This document shows, in pieces, positions 26,106 through 39,098 of a DNA stretch of 64,000 nt. The stretch covers positions 26,931,233 through 26,995,232 of the forward strand of contig OZ316892.1 of NCBI GenBank assembly GCA_973895155.1, in the 5' to 3' direction. This DNA is from Marsupella aquatica (Eukaryota > Plantae > Marchantiophyta). Within the stretch, counting starts at the first letter, position 1, and each line of letters starts with the position of its first letter. The position numbers and the translations under genes were made by a program. The notes below the pieces were generated by a model. That model was not told the origin of the DNA. It worked only from the letters and a program-made list of their open reading frames with translations, and did not search any database.

Positions 26106-29100
26106 GCTAAAATTTGTTGGAGAAAATTTGCTCTAAAACAAACCCTAGCACGAGACCTTGAAGAAGGTGCTATAATATTTTCTGACTGTTACATCTCCCT
26201 ACATCTAAGAATGGCTGTTAGATTCTGGCAAATGGGCTCTTTGGATAGGTGAAACTGGCTAATCACTAAAAGAAAACCTAACCCATTTGGCCAAAAGTGG
26301 CAAAAAAATTGTGGAGGGGTGGAATAGGCATTCTTTTGCTTATTTTCCAAGACATTTCTTTGTATCATTTGCCAGTTGGGCTAAGATTTTGGCAGAAATT
26401 AGCCATCTAAAAATCACTAAAGAGTGCCATTGCAACTGGCTACTGATGAGTGCCCAAAGTTAAGTTGGTATAAATTCAAACAAGAAAATAATTTTTTATT
26501 TTGTCATTTGCAGATAAAGATGCCTGGATGGGTTTAGCTCCCAAACCCTACAACCACCATGGACCATGAAACCAAAACACCCTCACTCGCAGACATGGCT
26601 TGGGAAGACCTTTCCAACCATTTGAAGTTTAAATAAATGGCAAATTTCATTGAGAACAAGGAGGACCATATATTTGCAAAGATTGCTATTTGGAATTCTT
26701 GTCGCATTTCACCCGACTGAAACAAGTTTTCAATGATGTGGGTGTGCCAGTCTATTTGGAAATTTTGAAAATATCATTTGCAAGTATCATAGTATATCCA
26801 AGTGTGTGATATTACAGAAGTGCATTTCCTACCAGTTCTAATCAGTACGTAAGTGATAGCTTATTGTATCAAGGCTAAGCACCACCAATTACTCCTAACT
26901 GGACCCTTGAGGCCAGAGCATTTTCACCCAATGATGGAACAACTGAATTCTCTCCCATAAGCATCCATCCTTAATTCACTCACATGTATAGCACTCCATC
27001 CTAACAAAAAGCGCCATCCCCTGAGACAGGATCCCAAAGGTAGGAAACACAACAACAAATGGAGAAAAACCAGCATGACTAAAGAGCCAAAAGCACTATT
27101 GGTATACACGTATGCTTAAGTTTGACTTACTCAACAGGCTATATATCAACAGGACATGGATAAACTAAGAATCTAATCAAGTCAACTAGGCTATTGTGTA
27201 GTATATATTTGCACGACTGCCCCACGATGCAGGCAATGTGGGCCACATCAAAGTGCATCAAGGTGAATCATCCAAAACGCAAACAATTGGTTTGTTACTA
27301 CCACTACAAATACCTTGTGTGGGACGTGGGACTGCTTCAGCTTTTTTCTCCTGTGGCGAGAATTAGCAAGAAGGCCGCCCCAGTGAAAAGTATTTGGACA
27401 AAATTTTTGACAGGTTTTTAGTCTTGATTAGCCAGTTTCACACCTAGCCACATAACCCATGCCAGAATCTGATGATCCTCTAGGGAGATCCAATGGTCAT
27501 ATTAGTCCAGGAAATTAAATAAGAAATATTCTCTGCATCATCTCCTTGACACGAGGTGACGTTCGCCACCGGACCGAGGGAAGCAAACCTTTAAAATTAC
27601 CCTAGCTGGCTTTTGTGTGCTCTAACAGCAACCCAGAAGCCATCCAGCTGGAAGTGGACCCCTACCAAAAACCAATTTACAGCACTTAACGTCCAGTGGA
27701 CCAGAAGCCCAACCAATCTGGAGTTGGACCCAGCAAAAGCCAACCAGGTAAGCTTTACAGGCACATTGGGCCCCTTAACTGTACTTGATCTCCAGCCCGC
27801 CTGGAATTGAACCTTGAAAAACTCTTTCTTTTTTTTAACCAACCACTTCAGCTATTGGGATCCTCTGGCCCCCCCTGTGCCATATTAAATTGTCAACATA
27901 TGTGGGTCTGGTGGCCCCCTACACTCCATCTCTGCTTCACCGACTATATCTCCTTTGGTCCTCTCAGTTTAGAGGGTCCTGGACCACACTGCAAGGGCTG
28001 TTTGTTCATGATGCAAGAGTCTTTCATGGGACTCTCCCACTTCTGCTTTCGCATTGGCAAGCACTCCAGGTCCTGTTGATGCGGTTACCAGCTGGAATTG
28101 GACCCACGCAAAACCAACCAGGCAAGCTTTGCAGGTAGATACCAAAGGACGGGCCCATTGCAATGTCCCAAGTGATGGACGCTCTTTCATGGAATTTTTC
28201 CACTGTCCATCCTCCCCCCCCCGTTTGCCCCCTTTCAAGCAATGACAGCATTTACTTGATATTCTCCTTTGTCTCCCATTTACCAGCTGGAAGTAGGTCC
28301 TCGCTAAGCCAACCAGAGCTGCAGGATTCAAAAGATTATCAATCAATCTATCGATAACACTTATAAAATGTAAGCTTCTATGGGCCAAGCATCCTTGTTC
28401 GTTTGTCTCCATCTATCATGGGCTTCTTCTCCAAGCCTCCACCAGTTGGATTTGGCTCCATGAAACCTGGCGCCAACCTAAGCTGTAGGCCCGTTTGTAG
28501 GTCCACACTACTCTTGGGTGGATATAAAAAGTTTCCTACACCTGCCGGAGAGGGGATGGAACACATCAACAGGATGTGGTATCAAACTGATATATAGGGT
28601 CTCCAAAAGTACTAGTATTAAGGCATAGGAAAAATAAGTAGTTCAGTGTCCGTGCATTGCAGAAAGCCTATATGTAGAAGATGGTTGCCAGGGAAGATGG
28701 CATCATGGAGTATAGTTGGAAGAAAACATGGGAGTTGTGAGTGGAGATTGAAGGCAGAAGTTGGGCAGATGGCAAGCAAAGCTGGTTTAGGAACTTGGTG
28801 ATGGGGAAGAGAGAGGGGAGACGGAAGCTGAGTGTTAAGTTATAAACGTAGGAAGCAAATCTATATAGTGAGGCAAGTTTGCCCACAAATGGCCATGTTT
28901 TCAGCGGCATGCGCTAAAAGTCCCCTCACAGCATCCACACCAGTTTACCAGTGGTGGTAAATGGATCTGTAAGGGAAGCCAATGCAGGCCAAGATAGTCC
29001 TACCTATCAGACAAAAAGTGTCATGCATAAGTAGCTGCCATTTGGCCATGCATAAGTAGCTGCCATTTGGCCATGCTACTGTCACAAAGCATACCATGGT

Positions 29101-30383
29101 TGCAGCATGTATTATGGAAAGTAAGGAGGAGCAGTAAGTTGGTGTCAGAATTGTGCATGCGGCAGTTAGACAAGTTTGATGCAGTTTGCTAAGCTTAGGA
29201 AAACAATGTCCAGCCTGCCAAAAATGCTAGATTTGCCAGTCTATATTTCCTCCTGTGATCTATGTGGAAAAAACATCAAGATACTACGAACTGGTGCCAG
29301 CGGAAAAACAGCAATGCTCCAGAAAACAATATTGACAGCCAGGCCCTGATGGAGTTTGCCGGTGTGGATGCTCTTAGACGTCCTCAAATGTGGCCAAGAA
29401 CTATTTTCATCAATCCTTGTGTCCATAAACTGTACCTTAGATGTCCAGTTTCTGAGTGCCATCCCTAGCCTAAAACAACAAATGTCTCAATGAGTCCAAC
29501 ACAAGTGAATGCACCACGTCCCTCATACATAGGTTTCTAGGGGTGTGCACCCTTATGGCTGAGTTCCATGGGCAAAGAGTGAGGAGTACAATGTGCAGTC
29601 AGAATGTTTGAGCCAATGAGAATGCAGCTTTTACAGAGAGTGAAGGGCGTACAAATACTCTAGTAGGGAGTATGACCTTACTTCACACCCCCTTTCCAAT
29701 CTTGGGGTACCCCCCCCCCTACTATATAGCAGCAGTAGAGCCAGGGCATTTTCAATGGCTCTCAAGTAGTCCAAATGATTAGCTACCAAGTCCAATATCA
29801 TACATTTTGAATATTGTGTACATACTATGAAAATGTATGAAAGCTTTGAGATCACATATGAATCCAAGCATGGTGGTTGGATGCCATTAGGGTCAGCACC
29901 AGAGGAAGCAAGAGGATTGTGAGAAGCTAGAAGCATGTTCAAACATTGAGGGCTTGGGATCAGGGTTGGTGCAGGATGGTCAGGCTCTAAGGGCTCAGGA
30001 GCTAGGGTGGAGGTAAGCAAGACAAGACAAGACAAGACAAGGCAAGCCGCCATGGGGAGATGGATGGGGTTCTCAATGGGGGTGCACCGAGGGAAGACGG
30101 GCATGAACTAGGCTTGGTCATGAGCTGGAATATTCATTTCTTCTGGGCCTTTAATCTCTTGCAATTTTTTCTTGCCCAGGTGCTAGCGCGCCCCAGTCGG
30201 GGCTTGCCCCCTTAGAGTATATGATCCATATCCCCCTTGCATACTTAGGTACTATGCGTGATCCATTAGGTCATCACACCGTTACAATTACAATTCCTTG
30301 GTTTTGGGGGTTGCATTTGCCCAGGTTTTTCAAGTGTACCAATGTTTTGTTTGTGAGTTTAGTGTTTGTTCTATCTGGCTTCT

Positions 30384-30845
30384 TGAGACCTCTTTTGCTT
30401 GTATTCCATTGTTGATCCTTTTCAATAATTATGAGACCTCTTTCCCTGTGACTCCATTGTACTCTGTTTGGGTAAATTGGTCAATTTTCTCTAGACCTCT
30501 TTCGCTGTTACAATTTTGCACTTTAGTTTGGTCCTTTTTCTTGGTTCCAAGGTTGCTGACCTTTCAACTAGATCTGAACTCCCTGGTTTACATGGTGTCA
30601 TGTGCGACCTCTTTTGCTTTTATTCCATTGTTGACCCTTTTTTTCTAAATTTTGTGCACCTCTTTCGCTTTCACTCCATTGTACTTTGGTTGGCTAAATT
30701 GGTCAATTTTCTCTAGTCCTCTTTTGCTGTTACTCCTTTGCACTTTTGTGTGGCTCTTTTGTTTGGTCCTCTTTCTTGGTTCCAAGAGTGCTGACTGCTG
30801 ACCTGCCAACTATATCTTAACGAGAGGTTTACATGGTGTCATGTG
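30384..30845. repeat. Degenerate T-rich tandem duplication (~220-bp unit with internal GACCTCTTTT sub-repeats)
   Basis: GACCTCTTTTGCTT...TAAATTGGTCAATTTTCTCTAG...GGTTTACATGGTGTCATGTGCG occurs twice. Confidence 0.75.
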
Positions 30846-33800
30846 CGCCGCAATTGACTGCACAGCTGGCCTCCAGTCATACGCTGGAAATGAGGGGGAA
30901 GAAACTTGTCTCCTTTTGAAACCTTCAAACCATAGTCAAACTCCCAACATTTCTGGTGCTGTAGTCGAGCAAAGTGATAAAAAAATATCCTACACTGAGG
31001 CATTTTGGTCAGACTGATTGTCGATTCGTTCACCTTCCTCGTGTGTTCGTTGTTCTTTCTATCAAATCCCATCGAATCTCTCCGCGGAAGGTGTCCATTC
31101 CTTGAGACACGGAGTTCGAAAAGCCCCCAAAATAGTGATACCATCATGATTTTGTTTGAAGTCCTGGCAGAGTCACGGCTTTATCTAGACAGAAAGGAAA
31201 ATAATGGACGGTCTTCGTGTCATGAGACTTTCACCAACAATGTTTAGGGTCACTCGTTGCCGCCATTGCAGAGTGGAAAGTGATCGCGTTGGCGAGCAAT
31301 CTAAGCTGACTTATCAAGTGTCAACAGTTGGGATCTACCCTGATTTTCCAGTTAAGCTGTTAGCGAAGACGACCTATGAAGGTTTTTCTGGTGCGGTCCT
31401 TAGGCTCACGGGTATTATTTTCACTTTAGCAACGAACTCAATCAGACTCGGAACGCACCGACGATTCCGCACATGCACCACCGGCCGTCCATTTACATGC
31501 ATCACGGCGTTCTGGACATACAGGTGACCAAAATTTACAGACAGTTTCTGGGAAGATTACATCACTTCCTCAATAAAGACGAGATGGGCGATAGAAATGG
31601 AAGGCTTGGCGCAGACCGCGGGTTCTTGGTTAGTATGATTTTTGCTGGTCAGCGACCTAGCCCTAGGAACAAGAAATGATCAGTCTTCTGCAACAGAGGT
31701 GAAATTGACACTGGCGGCAGGGCTGGCGGACAACGGCGGCTGTTGACTGGGAAATCCACACCTAACTTTCCCTCTGAAAACAATCATGGCGAAGGCTGCT
31801 AACGATCCAGAAGACCAGTAGACAAGTTTCTTCCCCCTCATTTTCACTAGAGCCGAAGAGTGACCTTCCTGTCCCTGAAATTGTAACATCTTACACGGTA
31901 CTTCCATAAATTGATTGAATTTTGTAGATTATAATCGAGAAGATCTGTTTGGATTTGGGCCGCATTCTAGGTGCTATTGTGGGTGCGTTGCTGTGCATGC
32001 AAATTGAGTTACTGCAACGTCAACACCTCGTGTTCTCTACTGAGGGGGGATAATTCGTCAAGAAATTTCCCTAGTCATTATCAAGAACCTTCTAGTGTAC
32101 TCATTTCTAGTGCTTGCTTTTCTAAGAAAGTTGGGATTTGAGAGCTCTTGCAATAGATTTGGTGAGTTTGGTGGGGTTGTGGTTTGAGATTGTGTATCGA
32201 AATCGTTGTGGACACAAGCTACTTACAGCTGAGAGGTGAGTAATCAACTTCTGTTCGCGATCCGCCGCGCAGTGAGTGAGGTAGATTTCAGAACATCGGA
32301 ACCTCGTATAGCAGGTAAATGACAAACGACAGAGCTGAACTAAACGCAGATGACAGAAGACAACTGAACGATGGGCCATCACCGAAAAAATAACCGGATC
32401 TCATTGAAAAGAGAAAAGGATCTTGCAATGACGATTGATCTAAAGTAAAGGACACTCAAAAAGGTTCTAAATTGTCGTCCCTAAAAAATCAAGATTGCTT
32501 TACTTGTTATGTAATTCTCTGGAAGCAACCTTCATCCGACATCGCAGGGAAAAATCATTGGAGTCCCAAGGTTGGAGGTAATTTCACATGTGGAGGGTGA
32601 ACATCAATAATGAAAGCAGAGACAATATTTGGGCCACACAGAGTTTACTGATGAACTCTTTACACAACACGAGAAAGAGGTTATTGTTCGGTAGCACTAC
32701 ATTGGAATTTCATAAAACACTGGAGCGCATGATTGAGAGAAATCATCGTCTGGACTTTAATGGAAAAATGTACACAAACCTGTACATCGTCGTCTATCAA
32801 AGGTAAGGTATTAAGGGGAAAAGCAGGGAAGTTCAACTGACAATACAGTTCTACAAATGAATTAAAAATTGAACTGAGCGAATCACCATCCATGTCAGAA
32901 TAGTGCGGGAGGCCTCCAATCACTAGCCTTTTCGCTACAAAAATCAAATCGGCAACAGAACGCTGTGCAAGTACCATCCGCAAGAATGAACTTCACTAGC
33001 GAAGTTAGAGAACTACCACGTCGTGGGCACCGAGTAAAGGCGCAGAGACGAATTCGGGCAGAAGCATAGTCTAAGACAGGGAAATTACTAATACCTCAAG
33101 CATTCAACAGTCCTAAAGCTAACTAGTAAAGTTTCAGGCTTCAAATCCATGCGACAACCAGGACAAGGACTCGTACTTTTACTTTGGCAGAGAAGAAAGA
33201 GTACGAAGTGCAAGAGCTCGTACAGGCCATAGTCTTGTCCGTGTCCCATGTCATCCCTCATAACGAGCATACGTTTCTTCTTCACTGTTTATCAAGATAG
33301 AGCTAATAAACATGTAATCACTGGGAGACATGAGATCTTCAAAACATTTTAATTCGGTCGAACTCTCAAGTATCAACCAGCTGCAAAATGGGCTGACAGA
33401 AATGCACGGACAGGGGCGAGCCAACATTAGAAGAAGAGAGGGCGTCTTCAGTAAAAGACGGAGCAGGCCCACATCAATAAAGGAATCGGAGTCACTCATG
33501 TAGATTACAATGGGTAGACAACCACACTATGCCTTTGCACAGAAATACTAACTGCAGCTAGGCTGGTACAGAAGAACGGTTTTTGTCCCACATAATGGAA
33601 AGGTAAAAGAGCTTTCTTCTTCACCATTTGCCGAGATAGAGGTGTACTAACAGCTGGCAGACAAAAGATTATCACTTCAGTGGGATTCGTTGGAAACACA
33701 ATCTATCTAAGAAGTGAAAGCATCGGGAGGCAAATGTAAGCCTACAAGATAAACAGGAAAGGAAGATAGTCACTACCGACTCAACATGAGCAATGCCCTC

Positions 33801-34996
33801 GATATTCTTTCAACGAAGAAGATAGGGTTCAGAGCTCAAGAGCTCGTGCTATCCATGAACCTTACTGACATCCCACCTCATCCCTTAGAAGAGCATACTT
33901 TTCTTCTTTACTGTTTATCGAGATAGGCCTAATCACATCTAATCAGTGGGTCCACGCAAACATCAGAAAGGTGGCCAGCAATTCCCCATCCAGAGCACAA
34001 GAGAAACGAAGAAGCCTACGGAGCACGCATCCAAAGGATATGCGGGCATTTACAGTAGAACCAGCCGCACACTCACGATCACGAAAATAGAAAAGGGCAG
34101 ACAACGCCCTGGTAACAATCTTCCTCCCTGTTCTACTTTCAGTCTGGAACGGTTACTCGACGAAATCTTCCAAGGCAAAAAATAAAATTTTGTCTGGCAT
34201 TCAAAGCTGAGATAGACGCACAGAGAAGAAGAACCACTCAACCTTCTCGACAATAGGGGTTCCTTTTCCATTCACCCATGTCTCAGACCCGATCCTACAT
34301 TTGGATCTGAGGCGGAGTATTGATGAAAGACGCATCAACCATTTTCCAGCCGACCCTTCCACAGGCTGGAGGAAACCGGTGTTTGATACAAGAATCTAAA
34401 TCCGCATTGTCTGCTATACGATAGACTAAATCAAGCAGTGAGAAACAAAGAATAGAAGCAATTCCTCATTCATATTCACTCATAACCAGCTCCTGCCCTG
34501 CATTTGAACCACAGAGACGACAGACAACAGATCTATCATGCAATCACTACGAACGAACCTTGACTCCCCCGAACCCAGAAACAGAAAACAAGAAATCGGA
34601 TCATTCACTGAAAACTCAGCACGTCGCCACTAAAGCACGTTTCGGAAGTGCCATCCGTTTCCCAGCAATGATGTGCCAAGCATCCGGCCACGCATGTGCA
34701 CCTGAGACAGGTATTGGCAAAAGCAAATCGAACCATCTTTTTACACGATACACGAGGAACGGCAACACCAGAAAAGCTTCACAAACCACAAACCTAGTCT
34801 CTGCTGCGACAAACAAGATGAGACAATCAGAACCTGGGCTTCTGAAAGAGAATCTTTTCTCGTCAGCTTTATCGATTTCAGGTCTGCATTCGAACCCAAC
34901 ATTCCATTTGTACGGCATTCCCGCCGAATTCACTCTCTACAGAAGATGAAGGTGTAGGGTAACGCATCTCGAAGAGGGGTTAAAAGGGCATCTCAA

Positions 34997-35170
34997 AACT
35001 TCAAATTTGATGCAATTAAGGTTACATGCAATTAAGGTGACAGACACAAAAAGTTATGGACTATCAATTCCTATTCATCAATTATTGCCATAAACTTCAA
35101 ATTTGATACAATTTAGGTTACAGATACAAAAGGTTATGGACTACCAATTACTAGTCATCAATTTTTGCCA
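34997..35170. repeat. Short degenerate tandem duplication
   Basis: AAACTTCAAATTTGAT...GTTATGGACTA...CATCAATT..TGCCA appears twice. Confidence 0.7.
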
Positions 35171-36774
35171 CATAGATTTTAATTTTTGGTCAAATGCTAT
35201 GACCCTAAGTCACTGGAGAGATTAGTAAAATAAATAACAATTTACACAACCGTGTGAAAAAAGTTATACAACCATTTGTCTAAGGCCAACAGCAATCATC
35301 CATAACTTTGAAACTAAGAGACTCCCTAATTTGTCTGAGGCCAAAAGCCATCATCCAAAACTATAAGACTATGAGACTCCCTAATGGGATGTGATCCCCA
35401 TGGAGGTGAGCCCGAGGGAGCATCATATTTGGATCCTATTTGGTGTATGTTACCTTAAACCTAAAACCCAAATCCCCATAACCACCCCATGAAACCCTAT
35501 ATTCCAGCTGGGCCAGAACATTTCATGATCTGTTGGTAGTCTGTCGGGTAGTCCATTATGTATCGGTAATGCCGTTAGTTTGGCCCTCAAAGTCCAATAC
35601 TATGTACCTTGGAATATCCCATACATAATTATATATCATACATCGGACCCCTCTTGCAAGGTACCATATTAAAAACATTGGATTCTCCAATACAAACCCT
35701 AATGCAATTTGGGGTGACTAAGATAACTTAAAACTCCAATACTAGAATATCGGCATATTGCAATGATAGAATTATTGGGCGGGCCAATGTTTACCATATT
35801 GGACAACCAAAAACGTTGAGCTGCCTTGCGTGTTAGATATCCGATTGTTTTTAAATAGGACAATCATTATCCGTAATGTCCCATTAGTAAACTTGATGGA
35901 AAGTCCAGTAGGTGTCCGATGGTCCATATATATATTTGATGGTCATATGCGATGGTCATAGCATGACAAAGTGTGAAGCGCATGGCATTGAATGCAGGAA
36001 ATTTTTGTGTCATATTTTATGAAGGGATTTGAAGGAAATCCCATCAGATAATGGGCCAAAAACTGTACTAGTGTATGTTTCTTAAACAGAACAACAAATC
36101 TACTGCCATTGATAGAAATTGTATTCCCAAGCTAGGGTCCCAAGGTTTTTATTACCTTGACAAACACTATGTAAGATACATAGACAGAGAATCTGGAACA
36201 ATGCTTCCTACCAGTTGGCATCTTTCAACAGGTATTTCAAGGATGTGATGAGGAGGTTAAATCCCTTTTAATGCACGGATGCTCACAAGTGAGGATTTTC
36301 TTTGTCAAAGATTACCCTAATATTTATGCTTCCACCTGTAACCATTTGTATTGACAAGTATTACTTAATCAAGAAAATAACACTGTTGCACTCTGGAAGA
36401 TAAATCAGGTAAGTGTCTACCCTATATACTTGAGCTTATCCTCAGCATGAAGAAATCGTGGAAGCCATTTGGAACTGAAAGGTGATGCAATTAGAGATAC
36501 AAGAACCTGAAGACATTCAACAACTAAAAAATTGAAGCAGATTCTTAGTTATATAGAACAAAGTTTAGCGGCATAGTCTGTTCATATCTCATGATTTTAT
36601 TCGATTGTTTTAAGACTTTAAAAACTCTGGAATTTCTTCAATAGATAGAGTAGACCTAGGGCATTGAATACTTTGAAAACTTTGAGGCATCATCCGACTT
36701 ATAGTAAGGAACTTAAAGTTATCCGTTATAGTAAGGAAGTTGGCATCATTGAACAAAGGAGTGTAAATTTTTTC

Positions 36775-37097
36775 AATGTGCAAAGAGGGGGAAGTTCATT
36801 TTCCAACAAGAATGCTGGCACATGAAATCATGTTTCAAAGCCAACTGGATGATGCCACAATTATGCAAGTGTATGACAGCCGTATGGCCTCAAGCTTGCA
36901 CCGGAAAACTCACAGCAACATATTGTACACCCTACCGGACACAAGAGAATTTTCCTCAACATGCAAAGAGGGGGGAGTTCATTTTCCCTACAAGACCCCT
37001 CTATTCAAGCTTCAAAGCCAAGTGGATGATGCCACTATACTGTAAGTTGTAAGCAGCCATGATTTTGCGCTGCAAATATCACAGCAACATATTGTAC
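36775..37097. repeat. Tandem duplication, ~185-bp unit
   Basis: TGCAAAGAGGGGG..GTTCATTTTCC...TGGATGATGCCAC...TCACAGCAACATATTGTAC appears twice. Confidence 0.8.
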
Positions 37098-37929
37098 GCC
37101 ATAATCTAGAGGAATCTCACTTCAAATTCCACATCATTGTTCTGTTCAGACTTATGATATGGCTGGATCAGCAAGGATTAAAGTGAAGCCACCAACTTGT
37201 CTAGATTTTGCAATCCTCCAGCATACCTGTCAATTGGAGTTCTAAAGTAACCTATAAAAGGCTAGACACCAGATATTGTTGAATGTCCTAAGTTTTAATC
37301 TTCTTACATTGGAGATTTTTGTAGTCTTTAATATGCGGATCTATTTTTGTCTGACAGGTTCCCTATGTGGAATCTGCAACAAAAGTTCAAGTCAAACTGA
37401 AGACATTCCATTCCCACAACTTGCAGGCCCTAAATGCATTCACTCGGTTCCGACCTCCAGAAGCACCTTATGCAATTGTTTTGTTCCGACGGGTGTTAGC
37501 AATAACAACAGAGCGCTAAAGAAAATGTGCAATATCGAGAGCAAAGTATTTGGCTGGGAGCAAAGTGGTCAGCTAGGAGCAAAGTGTTCGGCTGGGAGCA
37601 AAGTGTTCGGCTCTTGGTTTCCCTTGCAAAAACCTGACTTAAACCCTAGTGGTAGTGTAGTCAATTTTCCTAAAACCCTTCGCATATGCACAACGCAATG
37701 ACTCGGTGGGGGCTCCTTGCATCCCTTCCCGTCAATCGGCACGTTGTGAGTCAAGTTTTAGATGTCATAGTGTGCTTACTTAGGGTTAGACAGTGTTAAC
37801 ACTTAGGTTTAGTCGGTAATCAGCAACATTCATGCAACATGATATTTGTTTTGTGGCGAATATACAAAGCATAGGAAGAATGGGGGGCACCATCCCTAAA
37901 AGTAAATTATGTGAAGTCTCCTGCATTTG

Positions 37930-38111
37930 TATGTTCCACCCTAGCAAGGATAGAATTGGGCGCAATAGAATTGCCGTAAGTTGTATTATACCCCAAAGTG
38001 GAATGTGGTACCAGTAACATTTATATGTTCCACCCTAGTAAGGATAGAATTGGGCACAATAAAATTGGCGTAAGTTGTATGATACCCCAAAGTGGAATGT
38101 GGTACTAGTAA
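37930..38111. repeat. Tandem duplication, ~95-bp unit
   Basis: TATGTTCCACCCTAG(C/T)AAGGATAGAATTGGGC...ATACCCCAAAGTGGAATGTGGTAC twice, near-identical. Confidence 0.9.
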
Positions 38112-38218
38112 TCAGGATGTAAGGGGGGCCAAGCTTATGGTGTAAATATGTAGGACACCATTAATGAAGATTGGTAATTAATTTGTTAATATTTGAAGAG
38201 CCATCAGATTGATATCTT

Positions 38219-38342
38219 CTTTGTCCCTTGCCTCCTCCTTTCAGGCAGTTGGGTTTTTTGTCCGCCCAGGTCTCCCGGTAATAAAGTTTTGGGGTCTTCC
38301 CCTTTTCAAAAAATAATATAAAAATTTTAAATTTTAAAAAAA
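38219..38342 (+). mobile_element. Severely 5'-truncated non-LTR retroelement 3' end (LINE/SINE) with 26-bp TSD
   Basis: Flanked by TTGAAGAGCCATCAGA(T)(T/A)GATATCTT at 38193-38218 and 38343-38368 (1 mismatch). Contains AATAAA, then CCCCTTTTC and a decayed A-rich tail. Confidence 0.8.
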
Positions 38343-39098
38343 TTGAAGAGCCATCAGATAGATATCTTAATTATGATATACCAATGTCAATTATATGGCA
38401 GGTTTGATCATTTCCTGTCAAAACAATTATCTGGCAGGGTTGAGACCCTTCAAGAGAACAAAACATACAAAACATACCAGAGATGATGAAGTGAATGAGG
38501 CCTTCATTCATTCAAAGGAGCACTCATAGCAGATTACCCAAGCTTCCCCGGGAAAGCAGGTAAGCCCAAATTCATTTAGGTCTCGACACCATTTGGACCA
38601 CTGCCAGTAGGAACCATCGTGAATTCGTCACATTTACAGAGACAGCCCTTTCACAGAAGCGTATAACATCATTCTAAACGAATTTGCGTCTGTCCTCTCA
38701 CCGCATAGCAATTTCGTTCAATCGTAGGCCAGAGTCACCTCTGCGCAAGGAAAAGCACAGAGGAGCACCGATTCGTCAGCACTGTGCTTTTGTGAGGAAG
38801 GAAAAGCACAGAGGAGCAGCACGGTGAGGCGAGGTAATACCCGAGCTGAGATTCGTCGCTAATAATAAAGCATAGACGTTCGTTGCGAGCTACAGCGTCC
38901 AGCGAAACATCATTGTTCTGGAACACCCTCAAGGTTCTCTCGATCATGGCCACGTCAGCACTTGGGGCCGGTCCACTACCGTCATACGAACTCGTTGCAC
39001 ATGCAGCGAGAACTCCCTAACAAGGGTTTTTGGATTGGCTGCAGCAGAATTAGTCGGTGATCGGGGGGAATTGGGGATTCCTGCCCTGTTGTGAAGTT

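Larger units (their letters stand above)
23878..27603. mobile_element. Decayed long-TIR (Mutator-like?) element region
   Basis: About four degenerate ~180-bp units at 23880-24605 (GCCAGGGTGGTCAAAGTCACCTTGTGTGA...GTTAGAT...CTGGATTTAAGGA). An inverted related copy at 27420-27603 (CTGGCTAATCAAAGAC versus GTCTTGATTAGCCAG) and a partial copy near 26220-26265. No TSD or transposase identified. Confidence 0.4.

Noticed and set aside
27800-29620. Possible decayed non-LTR retrotransposon coding region
   Set aside because: Composition is suggestive, but I could not identify RT or endonuclease motifs in any frame.
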